Shown: piece by piece, positions 48,994-57,615 of the stretch
Layout: the number at the start of each line of letters is the position of its first letter
How positions within the stretch are numbered: the first letter of the stretch is position 1
From: Marine Group II euryarchaeote MED-G34
GTDB lineage: Archaea; Thermoplasmatota; Poseidoniia; Poseidoniales; Thalassarchaeaceae
NCBI GenBank assembly: GCA_002457605.1
Contig: NTJT01000001.1
Coordinates: 15,269 to 79,268 of the forward strand
Direction: 5' to 3'
Length of the DNA stretch: 64,000 bases
Translations under genes and position numbers: made by a program
The notes under the pieces: generated by a model
What the model saw: only the letters and a program-made list of their open reading frames with translations
Told to the model about the DNA's origin: nothing
Databases searched by the model: none

Positions 48994-49023
48994 ACCCGTC
49001 GGTCCCTAAGGGGACCGTCGGGT
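48994..49023. promoter_or_regulatory. Long GC-rich hairpin immediately upstream of nuoA
   Basis: ACCCG-T-CGGTCCC-TAAG-GGGACCG-T-CGGGT; the 3' arm overlaps the GGGTG RBS-like site. Confidence 0.5.
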
Positions 49024-49029
49024 GTTACC

Positions 49030-49476
49030 ATGACTTCAGTTCCCGAAGCCTATCTCGCTGTTGCTGTTATGGCGCTTGTAGGGATTGGATTCCCTGTGGG
49101 GAGTTTCATTGCAGCAGCAGTTCTGAGACCGAGAAAATCGCCCAATGATCCAACCAAGATGCGCTCTTGGCTCCTTCCAGGTTATGAAACAGACCAGAGC
49201 TTGTATCTCCGCAGGGACAGCACCTATGAGTGCGGCGCTGAGCCTTTGGGAGACGCCCACATCAACTTCCACTTCCAGTACTATTGGTATGCTATCATCT
49301 TCCTCGTATTCGACATCGCCTTCATGTTCCTAGCATTTGGCGGTGTCATCGCCATACAGGACGGCATGCTGAACGAAGATATCCTCGGTGCTCTAGCCAC
49401 CCTAACCGCGTTCATCGTGCTAATGGGACTGGGAGTCTGGCACGTCTTCCGCAAGCGAGGAAGAATATACATCTAA
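49030..49476 (+). CDS. nuoA: Complex I-like subunit A
   Basis: TYECG, FQYYWYAIIFLVFDI; three TMs. Confidence 0.92.
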   Translation: MTSVPEAYLAVAVMALVGIGFPVGSFIAAAVLRPRKSPNDPTKMRSWLLPGYETDQSLYLRRDSTYECGAEPLGDAHINFHFQYYWYAIIFLVFDIAFMFLAFGGVIAIQDGMLNEDILGALATLTAFIVLMGLGVWHVFRKRGRIYI

Positions 49477-49485
49477 GGTGAGTGA

Positions 49486-50082
49486 ATGTCAGACGAGGGC
49501 CAAAACTACTCACTCTTCAACAGCAGGATGCTGGTTGATGTAGTAGGCGACGTGACCGATGAGGCTCTGAAGGCTAGTCGGATGAAGGACATCATCGGAG
49601 TTCTAGCTGGCAGGATGTTCAACTGGGGTCAACGCAAGTCCTTGTTCCCTCTCCACTTGGGTATCAAGTGCTGTGCTTTGGAGATGGCTGCGGCGGGAGC
49701 TAGTCGATTTGATGCTGAACGCTTCGGGGTCTTCTTCAGATCCAGTCCCCGGCAGTGCGACGTCCTGCTTGTCAACGGTCCGATTAGCAAGAAGTTCGCC
49801 GACCCCATTGTCAGGCTGTGGGAGCAAATGCCAGAGCCGAAGTGGTGCATAGCCATGGGAGAGTGCGCCATCTCCGGTGGCCCCTACTTCCAGTCATACA
49901 ACATCCTCGAAGGCGTCGATACCGTGATTCCTGTAGACGTCTACATACCCGGATGCCCCCCAAGGCCCGAGGCCCTGATAGATGGTTTTGACAAGCTGCG
50001 ACAGAAGATTATCCGAATTGGTGCAGCCCCCGGCGACTCTATTCCGCCTTCTACATCTCCGTTAATCTTGGGAGACGAGTAG
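49486..50082 (+). CDS. nuoB: Complex I-like subunit B
   Basis: CCALEM, SPRQCD, MPEPKW.IAMGEC, VDVYIPGCPPRPE. Confidence 0.95.
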   Translation: MSDEGQNYSLFNSRMLVDVVGDVTDEALKASRMKDIIGVLAGRMFNWGQRKSLFPLHLGIKCCALEMAAAGASRFDAERFGVFFRSSPRQCDVLLVNGPISKKFADPIVRLWEQMPEPKWCIAMGECAISGGPYFQSYNILEGVDTVIPVDVYIPGCPPRPEALIDGFDKLRQKIIRIGAAPGDSIPPSTSPLILGDE

Positions 50083-50093
50083 GAGGTTCTAGC

Positions 50094-50753
50094 ATGGGTA
50101 ATATTGTCTCATCGGATTTCCAGAAGGCAGCGGCCGAGGCACTGGCTGTTGCAACGTCTGTAATTGAAGGAGTGGATGCCGAGGTAGCAGAGCGCTCTAG
50201 TGGCACTAACCCTCGACACGTAGTAGTCATCAACGCTTTACCAGGGAGTTGGAGAACCCTCGCCGAGAATCTCTACTCCGAGCACGCCGTCGATTACTGC
50301 TCCATGGTCACCGGAATCCACTGGCCCGATGGAGATGAGGAGAAGAAGTGGGAGGTGGTCTACCATCTAATGAGGACTGGAGTCAGGGACCCTCCCATTG
50401 AGAACGGCATTGTTCGGCCGATTATTGTGAATCCTTCGAGGCTCAGGGGAGCCAGTATCCCTCTCGAGATTGAGATTCATGTCCATATCCCAGACACAAT
50501 GACTCCTTCGGTGGATTCCGTTCAAGACATTTGGATAGGGGCGGACTGGAACGAGAAGGAGACATGGGACCTCGTTGGCATCGACTTCGATGGCCATCAG
50601 GGGATGAGAAGGGTGCTACAGCCACATGAGACCCCAAAGGGGTACCATCCTCTACAGAAGCAGCACCATCTACGTTATCACGGCTTCGAAGAAATGTACG
50701 ACGACGCCCAGGGATTCATGCGCAAGCCGGCGGACGTTGGCAAAATCAAGTGA
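50094..50753 (+). CDS. nuoC: Complex I-like subunit C
   Basis: ADWNEKETWDLVGIDFDGH, YHPLQK. Confidence 0.9.
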   Translation: MGNIVSSDFQKAAAEALAVATSVIEGVDAEVAERSSGTNPRHVVVINALPGSWRTLAENLYSEHAVDYCSMVTGIHWPDGDEEKKWEVVYHLMRTGVRDPPIENGIVRPIIVNPSRLRGASIPLEIEIHVHIPDTMTPSVDSVQDIWIGADWNEKETWDLVGIDFDGHQGMRRVLQPHETPKGYHPLQKQHHLRYHGFEEMYDDAQGFMRKPADVGKIK

Positions 50754-50762
50754 GGTGAGAAA

Positions 50763-51899
50763 ATGGCGGAGATGTGGATTTCAATGGGCCCGCAGCATCC
50801 CATGACGCACGGCCTCTGGACCCTCAAGGTAAAGGTCGATGGCGAGACCGTTGTCGACACAGAACCTGATCTTGGCTATATCCACAGAGGTGTGGAGAAA
50901 ATCTGCGAGGCGCGCGACTTTACTCAGATTACAACTTACTGTGACCGACTCTGCTACGCTAGTGCCAACACGTGGTCTCACTCCTACATCTACGCCGCCG
51001 AAGATCTCCTTGAGGTCGAGGTACCTGAGCGAGCCGAGTACATTCGCTTGGTGGCAGTAGAGCTGCAGCGTATTGCCAGCCACCTGATGTGGCTGGGAGC
51101 TTACGGGCCCGATATCGGAAACCTCTCTGTGATGGTCTGGTGCCTGCGTGAGCGCGAGATGATGATGGATCTCCTACAGGAGTTGGGTGGCTCCCGGATG
51201 CACTACAACTTCCCTCGTGTTGGTGGTGTCAAGCGTGACCTACCTCATGGCTTCGCACAGCGTGCCCGAGCCAAGCTCAAGTTGTTCCTCAACAGGATTC
51301 AGGAGTATGAGGCACTGTTCGACGAGAGCACAGTGTTTCTGCTGCGCAGTCAGGGAGTTGGCTACGCCAAGCCAGAGGAGATGATCAATCATGGAGTCTC
51401 AGGCCCTAATCTTCGCGCTGGTGGGGTGAACTACGACATCCGCTGGGCTCATCCCTATTCTGTGTACAGTGAACTCGACTGGGCGCCACCGGTCGAACGC
51501 TCATCGATTAAGGGAGCTGACTGCTACGACCGCTACAGAGTCAGAGTCGAAGAGATGCGCGTTAGTGCATCACTCGTTTTGCAGGCACTAGACAAGATGC
51601 CCGGCGGTGCTGACACCTATCACGAGCCCGAAGATCCAATGATCCTCGCTAAGGCGCCTACTCGAGCCCCAGAGGGGACCTCAGGTGCACATCACTTTGA
51701 GGACAGCAGGGGCGAGTCGATGTTCTACATCGCAGGTGGTGGCGAGGGCCGTGGTAAGCAGCCATACAGAGTATCGATACGGTCTCCTATGTTCATCACG
51801 ATTCCATATGCAGCCAAGTGCATGATTGGCTACAAGGTCGCCGACATACCGGCCATAATGGGCTCCTTCGACCCATGCATAGGGGAGACTGACAGGTGA
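50763..51899 (+). CDS. nuoD: Complex I-like subunit D
   Basis: GPQHPMTHG, GYIHRGVEK, DRLCY, ELQRIASHL, C-terminal GETDR. Confidence 0.95.
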   Translation: MAEMWISMGPQHPMTHGLWTLKVKVDGETVVDTEPDLGYIHRGVEKICEARDFTQITTYCDRLCYASANTWSHSYIYAAEDLLEVEVPERAEYIRLVAVELQRIASHLMWLGAYGPDIGNLSVMVWCLREREMMMDLLQELGGSRMHYNFPRVGGVKRDLPHGFAQRARAKLKLFLNRIQEYEALFDESTVFLLRSQGVGYAKPEEMINHGVSGPNLRAGGVNYDIRWAHPYSVYSELDWAPPVERSSIKGADCYDRYRVRVEEMRVSASLVLQALDKMPGGADTYHEPEDPMILAKAPTRAPEGTSGAHHFEDSRGESMFYIAGGGEGRGKQPYRVSIRSPMFITIPYAAKCMIGYKVADIPAIMGSFDPCIGETDR

Positions 51900-51903
51900 T
51901 CTG

Positions 51904-53481
51904 ATGGCGAGTAGTGACTGGTTGGATGTGGTGGGATGGTCCGAGTCCTTCTCCGGTTGGTCGATGGATAATGTGCACAATATCATGCCCTCCAACGATA
52001 TCGATATGCAGGTGACGATCCCAAGTACATGGGCATGGCAGGAACCAATCACCCTAGGCCCAATTTTCAACATGCAGAGTGGATTCGCTAACATTCAACC
52101 CGCTCTTGAGTCATTCATGCATGCCACCATCATGTGCACAGTAGTCTTCACCACAATGATGCTCACCATGCTAGCCATCCCCTATATCGAGAGGAAATTT
52201 ATCGGACGACTGATGGACAGGCTCGGTGCCACCACCACTCTCAGGAGCCTGTGGGTAGGTGAGAGCGGTGTCACCGCTGGTGAGTGGTGGAAGCAGTTAC
52301 CGTTCGGAATGGGTGTCCCCATCGGCTGGGCTGTGAAAGCCCTCAATTCTACATGGGGAAACTCGCACGAACTTGAGACAGTTGCGCGAGTCAACAACCG
52401 CAGTTACCATGGATACTGGTTTTTGCTTCCCGGCTTTTTCCAGGCCTTCGCTGATTTCATGAAGTTCGCTACCAAGGAACACATTGTACCGAAGAACGCT
52501 GACAAGGTAGTATTCGAGGTCGCCCCGGTAATCATCCTAGCGACCACAGTAATGGTATTCGCATTCGTCCCGTTTGGCCCACACATTTACGCCGCCAATC
52601 CGGAACTCTCACTACTCTTCATGATGGCGATATTTGGAATAGCTCCTCTAGGTGTATTCTTTGCCGGCTGGGCGTCAAACAACAAGTACACGCTGATTGG
52701 GGGTATGCGTTCGGCAGCCCAACTCACCGCTTACGAAATACCCCTCTTGATTACGGTTCTCGGAGTCGCAGTGCTGAGCGGCTCGTTCAACATCATTGAG
52801 ATTGTCGATTTCCAGATGGGGCAGGACCAAGGTAACGTCTGGAACATCTTCCTGATGCCACTCGGTGCCCTGCTCTTCTTGGTCACGATGATTGCGGAGG
52901 TCGAACGCATCCCATTCGACATGCCCGAGGCTGAGGCCGAGCTTGTAGAGGGCTGGTGGACGGAGTACGGAGGCATACGCTGGGGACTGATGTTCGCAGC
53001 CGAGTACATGCGCTCGTACGCGGCATGTATCTTGTTCGCACTATTCTTCCTCGGAGGATGGGAAGCACCGTTCCAGCACACGCTATCTGGTCTTCCAGTT
53101 GTTGGGGGCATCCTCACAACAGTCTTCTCACTGATACCGGGTATGATTTGGGTTCTTCTCAAAGCGTGGCTGCTATTCGCTGTCTTCGTATGGATTCGCG
53201 CTTCCCTCCACAGAGTGAGGACTGATCAAATTCTAGAGTTTGGATGGCGTTATCTGCTACCTCTCTCTATGCTTCATCTCGTCATCGCTGTCGTTCTACG
53301 TCTGCAGTTCTGGACCGGCGAGCCATGGGAGCTTTGGGTCCCAGCGGCAGTCACACTGATCTCAGGTGGGGTGTTCGTTATCCTCGCAATCGATGAAGAC
53401 AAGGAGGCACTTGAGATTCAGCGGAGGCCGTACAGCACGCAAGCAGTGGTCAAGGCATCACCGGGGAGTCACAGGGAGTAG
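51904..53481 (+). CDS. nuoH: Complex I-like subunit H (with N-terminal extension and insertion)
   Basis: ERK..R, GWASNNKY, R...Q..AYE, ERIPFDMPEAEAELVEG..TEY. Confidence 0.93.
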   Translation: MASSDWLDVVGWSESFSGWSMDNVHNIMPSNDIDMQVTIPSTWAWQEPITLGPIFNMQSGFANIQPALESFMHATIMCTVVFTTMMLTMLAIPYIERKFIGRLMDRLGATTTLRSLWVGESGVTAGEWWKQLPFGMGVPIGWAVKALNSTWGNSHELETVARVNNRSYHGYWFLLPGFFQAFADFMKFATKEHIVPKNADKVVFEVAPVIILATTVMVFAFVPFGPHIYAANPELSLLFMMAIFGIAPLGVFFAGWASNNKYTLIGGMRSAAQLTAYEIPLLITVLGVAVLSGSFNIIEIVDFQMGQDQGNVWNIFLMPLGALLFLVTMIAEVERIPFDMPEAEAELVEGWWTEYGGIRWGLMFAAEYMRSYAACILFALFFLGGWEAPFQHTLSGLPVVGGILTTVFSLIPGMIWVLLKAWLLFAVFVWIRASLHRVRTDQILEFGWRYLLPLSMLHLVIAVVLRLQFWTGEPWELWVPAAVTLISGGVFVILAIDEDKEALEIQRRPYSTQAVVKASPGSHRE

Positions 53482-53492
53482 GAGGTGAGGAG

Positions 53493-54461
53493 ATGAGTTA
53501 CAAAGCTAATACAGGACACCCTCACGCCACCCCCAACTTCCGTAATCTAGTCATCAGGCCGATGTGGATGACTCTCAAAACCGCACTGAGGACCGTTCCT
53601 TTCGTTGGCAAGTTGAGCATTCTGAAGAATAACTACCACGGGAAGCCTACGACCATGGTTGACGCTACTACTATGCTCAGAGTCGGCTCGAATCACCCGA
53701 GCGTCGGGCAGAGCTTCGCCCCCGATCGTGAGACCAGCCAGGTCATGCCGTTTGTCGAGCGACCAGTTACTGTGATGTACCCCTACGAGCGTTTGGAGGA
53801 CCTAGAGCCGTGGCTGTTCGTCCCAGGCAACTACAACGGCCGCATAGGAATCATCTGGGAGACCTGCACCGCTTGCAAAGCATGTGTCAGGGTGTGTCCC
53901 AATGACTGCCTGCACATGACTTCCGAGGTCAGGGTCAACGTCCTTGAGCTGGCCGAAGAGGGAGATGAACACCACGGTTACGGCGAAGAGCTAGAGGAAG
54001 GAGGATATGCCGCAAGAGAGAAGGGGGACTACGATGGAATCGCCTCAGGCTTCGACCTCGTAAATGCCCATGCTGACGCCCCTCAACAGTACGATTTCGC
54101 CGAAGTCATTGAACTGACAGGCGACAAGGCGACTGTACGATGGTCTGACGGCTCAGGTATCGAGACCATCGATTCCAGCACTCTCAAGCCTGCCGAGCAG
54201 GACATCGTCTCAGGACAGATTGACATCGGCAGGTGTATGTTCTGCGGGTTGTGCGCCGAAGCATGCCCGTTCGAGTCCTTCTTCATGACCAATGAGTACG
54301 ATGGCATGGCAGAGTTCTCTCGAGAGGAACTCTGGATGGATGCCAGTAGGACTCGAGTTCTTCCTGCTGTCCATCAGGAAAGGGTAGACATGGAACTCGC
54401 CAAGCGCGCCAAGAAGGAGCAGAAGAAACGTGACAGAAAGGCTGCAAGGGCGGAGGCCTGA
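53493..54461 (+). CDS. nuoI: Complex I-like subunit I (2x[4Fe-4S]) with large insertions
   Basis: TVMYPYE, CTACKACVRVCP and CMFCGLCAEACP. Confidence 0.9.
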   Translation: MSYKANTGHPHATPNFRNLVIRPMWMTLKTALRTVPFVGKLSILKNNYHGKPTTMVDATTMLRVGSNHPSVGQSFAPDRETSQVMPFVERPVTVMYPYERLEDLEPWLFVPGNYNGRIGIIWETCTACKACVRVCPNDCLHMTSEVRVNVLELAEEGDEHHGYGEELEEGGYAAREKGDYDGIASGFDLVNAHADAPQQYDFAEVIELTGDKATVRWSDGSGIETIDSSTLKPAEQDIVSGQIDIGRCMFCGLCAEACPFESFFMTNEYDGMAEFSREELWMDASRTRVLPAVHQERVDMELAKRAKKEQKKRDRKAARAEA

Positions 54462-54463
54462 TC

Positions 54464-54727
54464 ATGACAATCGATTTTGAGGCATTGGTGTTCATCATAT
54501 TGGCCGCGACCGCCATAGGAGGGGCCCTCGGATGTGTCTACGCTCGGCGCGTCGCGCACTCACTACTCTCTCTGATGATGACATTCTTCGCCGTTGCAGG
54601 GGTCTTCGTAATGGCTAGCGCAGAGATGCTGGCGGCCATTCAGATTCTGGTCTACCTAGGTTCGGTAATGCTCGTGGTCCAGTTCGGTGTCATGCTGACG
54701 CGTAAGCAGATACAGGAGGATGCCTGA
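54464..54727 (+). CDS. nuoJ: Complex I-like subunit J, N-terminal part
   Basis: AEMLAAIQILVYLGSVMLVVQFGVML. Confidence 0.88.
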   Translation: MTIDFEALVFIILAATAIGGALGCVYARRVAHSLLSLMMTFFAVAGVFVMASAEMLAAIQILVYLGSVMLVVQFGVMLTRKQIQEDA

Positions 54728-54991
54728 ATGAGAGGTCTTTCCGCACTCGCTCAGTTAGGCGTCCTCGCTTTCATGCTCGTATTACTATCTGAGATTATGT
54801 CTCACTCGATGTGGGGTGGAGTGGGGAATGCCCCTTCGACTCTAGACTTCGCAGTAGCTCTGTTCGGCGAGTGGTGGTTGGCCACCGTGGTTCTTGGAGC
54901 CCTCCTATCAATGGCGATGATTGGCTCCTCATACCTTGTTCGCGATGAACGCCTTGTCAATCTGATTTGGGATATGGAGGGAGACCAGTGA
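54728..54991 (+). CDS. Complex I-like subunit J, C-terminal part
   Basis: LFGEW...LLSMAMIGSSYL matches the NuoJ C-terminal helices; split J is known in archaeal Fpo/Nuo operons. Confidence 0.75.
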   Translation: MRGLSALAQLGVLAFMLVLLSEIMSHSMWGGVGNAPSTLDFAVALFGEWWLATVVLGALLSMAMIGSSYLVRDERLVNLIWDMEGDQ

Positions 54992-55290
54992 TCGAGGCCA
55001 GTTGGATAGCTGGGCTCGGGGTTATCCTGTTCAGCATCGGCCTGATTGGGGCGTTCACTCGCAAGAACGCCATCGTAGTGCTGATGTGTATTGAGGTGAT
55101 GTTGAACGCTGCTAACCTAAACTTCGTGGCTGGAGCCAGCCATTACAGCGATATCGATGGATGGGTGTTCACCGCCATCGCCATCGCCATCGCCGCAGCC
55201 GAGGTGGCGATTGGACTGGCCATCTTGCTTTCTCTCTACAGTACCCAGGAGACAATCTCCCTGGACGAGGCGAACATCCTGAGGAACTGA
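54988..55290 (+). CDS. nuoK: Complex I-like subunit K
   Basis: RKNAI.VLMCIEVMLNAANLN, IAAAEVAIGLA. Confidence 0.94.
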   Translation: MIEASWIAGLGVILFSIGLIGAFTRKNAIVVLMCIEVMLNAANLNFVAGASHYSDIDGWVFTAIAIAIAAAEVAIGLAILLSLYSTQETISLDEANILRN

Positions 55291-55299
55291 GGTGAGAGA

Positions 55300-57615
55300 G
55301 TGAGCGATACAAAGAACGAGTGGCAACTCCTTGTTCCGATTATACCCTTCCTACTAGTCGCCCCATCGCTCAAATTCTTGGCTGACTGGGAGTCCGTCGA
55401 AGCCGCCTTTCTCATCGTGGTCGTGCCTCTGCTGACCTTCCCAGCTATACTGATCCTCGGACAGTTGTACAATGGTAACGAGACTTGGAAGCACCGCTAC
55501 AAGGAGGGAGGGATATTCGCTCTCGGTTCACTTGCTCTCTCGCTCAGCATCGCTATTTGGATACTCTACGACTACATCGTAGGATCCGCCCACTTCGAAG
55601 CGCATTCAGTGGTCGACCCGTTCTCGTGGCTGACTTTCGATGTAATCGAGCAGACCGGCGCACAATGGGAAGTTAGCACGGGCTTCGCTGACATCGGAGT
55701 CGGTGTCTGGATAGACTCGGTCACTCTAATGCTGCTGTTCGTAGCCACCTTCCTATGCTTCCTGATATGTTGGTTCAGCCTTGGTTACATGAACACGGAC
55801 AAGATCAACGAAGACAGTAATCACCGCTTCTACGGAGAGTTCGTTCTATTCGCCATCGGCATGTTTGGCATGGTGTTGGCTGACAACTTCTTGTGGCTAT
55901 TCATTTTCTGGGAGATAATGGGGCTTTGCTCCTACCTTCTCATCGGCTTCTACTACTGGAAAGATAGCGCAGCCTATGCCGCCAAGAAAGCCTTCCTGAC
56001 CACTCGCGTGGGTGATGTGTTCCTGATGGTCGGCCTTCTGATACTCTACGACATCTACGGCTCTCTGGACTTCGCGGTAATCTTCGATGATCCCTCAACC
56101 GGGGTCGGAGGTGCGATAGTAGAATCTGGTGAGTTGTTTTGGGCTCTGCTGATGTTATTCATCGGGGCAGTGGGCAAGTCAGCCCAGTTCCCTCTCCATG
56201 TCTGGCTACCTGACGCCATGGAGGGCCCGACTCCGGTGTCTGCCCTCATACACGCCGCGACCATGGTGAACGCCGGGCTTTACCTCGTTGTACGGATGGT
56301 ACCTTTCGTCGATATCCACGTCGACGGCGTTGCCGGACTCGAAGATTTCGCACTGATAGTCGCCTGGATTGGCGGCATCACGGCGTTCATGGCAGCAGCC
56401 ATCGCATTCGTGCAGAACGACATCAAGAAAGTTCTCGCATACTCAACAATGAGCCAGTTGGCCTACATCTTTACTGGATTGGGCGCCGGTCTGTTGTTCC
56501 TCAATATTGGCGAACATCACGCGGGCTACTTCGTCATTGGCGCTTCGATGTTCCATTTGTTCAACCATGCCATGGCCAAGGGAATGCTCTTCATGGCCAG
56601 TGGCTCAGTCATCCACGAGATGCATCACGCGCACGATCACGTGCGCGAGCTCAGTGAGAAATACAGTACGAACGAAGGTGACGACCACGGTGACTTCGAC
56701 CCGCAGGATATGCGCATCATGGGGGGCCTTGCTGCTAGGATGCCGGTCACAGCCACGGCTATGATGTTCGGATCGATGTCCATCATAGGTATCCCACTCA
56801 TCGGCGGCTTCTGGTCCAAAGAAGGCATCATCGCTGAGACTTGGAAAGCCTGTTTGGAAGAGGAGCCACTGATGTTCGTCCCGGCTATGTTGGTGTTGGC
56901 AACTGCGGGTATGACTGGCTTCTATATGACTCGGATGTGGCTGATGACATTCGCTGGACCACCGAAGAGCGAGGTTGTCGGACATGTTCACGAGGAGACA
57001 CCGTGGATCAAGGAGCCGTTAATTGTCCTCTCCATCATTACCGCGATTGGGGGCTTCGCACTCGCTCTTTTCGGCGCCATAGAGTATCTAGGCGATCCTG
57101 AGTACGACCATCTCTCATTCCATGGCATACTCTACACGTTAGAACACGCCTTCTTACCCGAAGACAATAATCTCAGGTTGGTTGGCTGGACCACCATACT
57201 CATCGCCATGGTCATCGGTCCTGTGATGGCATCGCGAATTCACGGCGGTAGGCTAATCGACGGTGTCGAGGCGAGTCCGCTAGTCTCTTGGCTAGTCAAT
57301 TTGTCAAGCAGGTTTGGTTCGCAAGATGTCTCTGAACTAGCGGACTCTCAGCTCGCTGAGGCACTCCAGAGGAGACTATACTTCGATGACCTCTACGAGA
57401 TGACCCTCGCCAAGACGGCGACCCCCCTCGCCGGACTCTCGGCTTGGTTCGACAAGAACGTCATTGATGGCGTAATCAAGCAGATTGAGTCTAACTCCTC
57501 AGCCGGCTCGTTGCAAGTCAGAAGAATCACCACTGGCAGTGCTCGTGACTACATTCTGATGGCTGTGGTCGGAATGCTCTCTATATTCGCACTGGTGTGG
57601 GGGGTGAGCGCTTGA
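55300..57615 (+). CDS. nuoL: Complex I-like subunit L
   Basis: WEIMGLCSYLLIGF, GKSAQFPLHVWLPDAMEGPTPVSALIHAATMV, DIKKVLAYST. Confidence 0.95.
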   Translation: MSDTKNEWQLLVPIIPFLLVAPSLKFLADWESVEAAFLIVVVPLLTFPAILILGQLYNGNETWKHRYKEGGIFALGSLALSLSIAIWILYDYIVGSAHFEAHSVVDPFSWLTFDVIEQTGAQWEVSTGFADIGVGVWIDSVTLMLLFVATFLCFLICWFSLGYMNTDKINEDSNHRFYGEFVLFAIGMFGMVLADNFLWLFIFWEIMGLCSYLLIGFYYWKDSAAYAAKKAFLTTRVGDVFLMVGLLILYDIYGSLDFAVIFDDPSTGVGGAIVESGELFWALLMLFIGAVGKSAQFPLHVWLPDAMEGPTPVSALIHAATMVNAGLYLVVRMVPFVDIHVDGVAGLEDFALIVAWIGGITAFMAAAIAFVQNDIKKVLAYSTMSQLAYIFTGLGAGLLFLNIGEHHAGYFVIGASMFHLFNHAMAKGMLFMASGSVIHEMHHAHDHVRELSEKYSTNEGDDHGDFDPQDMRIMGGLAARMPVTATAMMFGSMSIIGIPLIGGFWSKEGIIAETWKACLEEEPLMFVPAMLVLATAGMTGFYMTRMWLMTFAGPPKSEVVGHVHEETPWIKEPLIVLSIITAIGGFALALFGAIEYLGDPEYDHLSFHGILYTLEHAFLPEDNNLRLVGWTTILIAMVIGPVMASRIHGGRLIDGVEASPLVSWLVNLSSRFGSQDVSELADSQLAEALQRRLYFDDLYEMTLAKTATPLAGLSAWFDKNVIDGVIKQIESNSSAGSLQVRRITTGSARDYILMAVVGMLSIFALVWGVSA

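Noticed and set aside
49486-51899. Possible membrane-bound [NiFe] hydrogenase
   Set aside because: The large subunit lacks both complete CxxC motifs, NuoB has tandem CC, and nuoA/J/K/L/M/N are present
54464-54991. nuoJ in two pieces as a possible pseudogene
   Set aside because: Both halves have their own start and an RBS-like site, and split J is known in archaeal Fpo/Nuo operons
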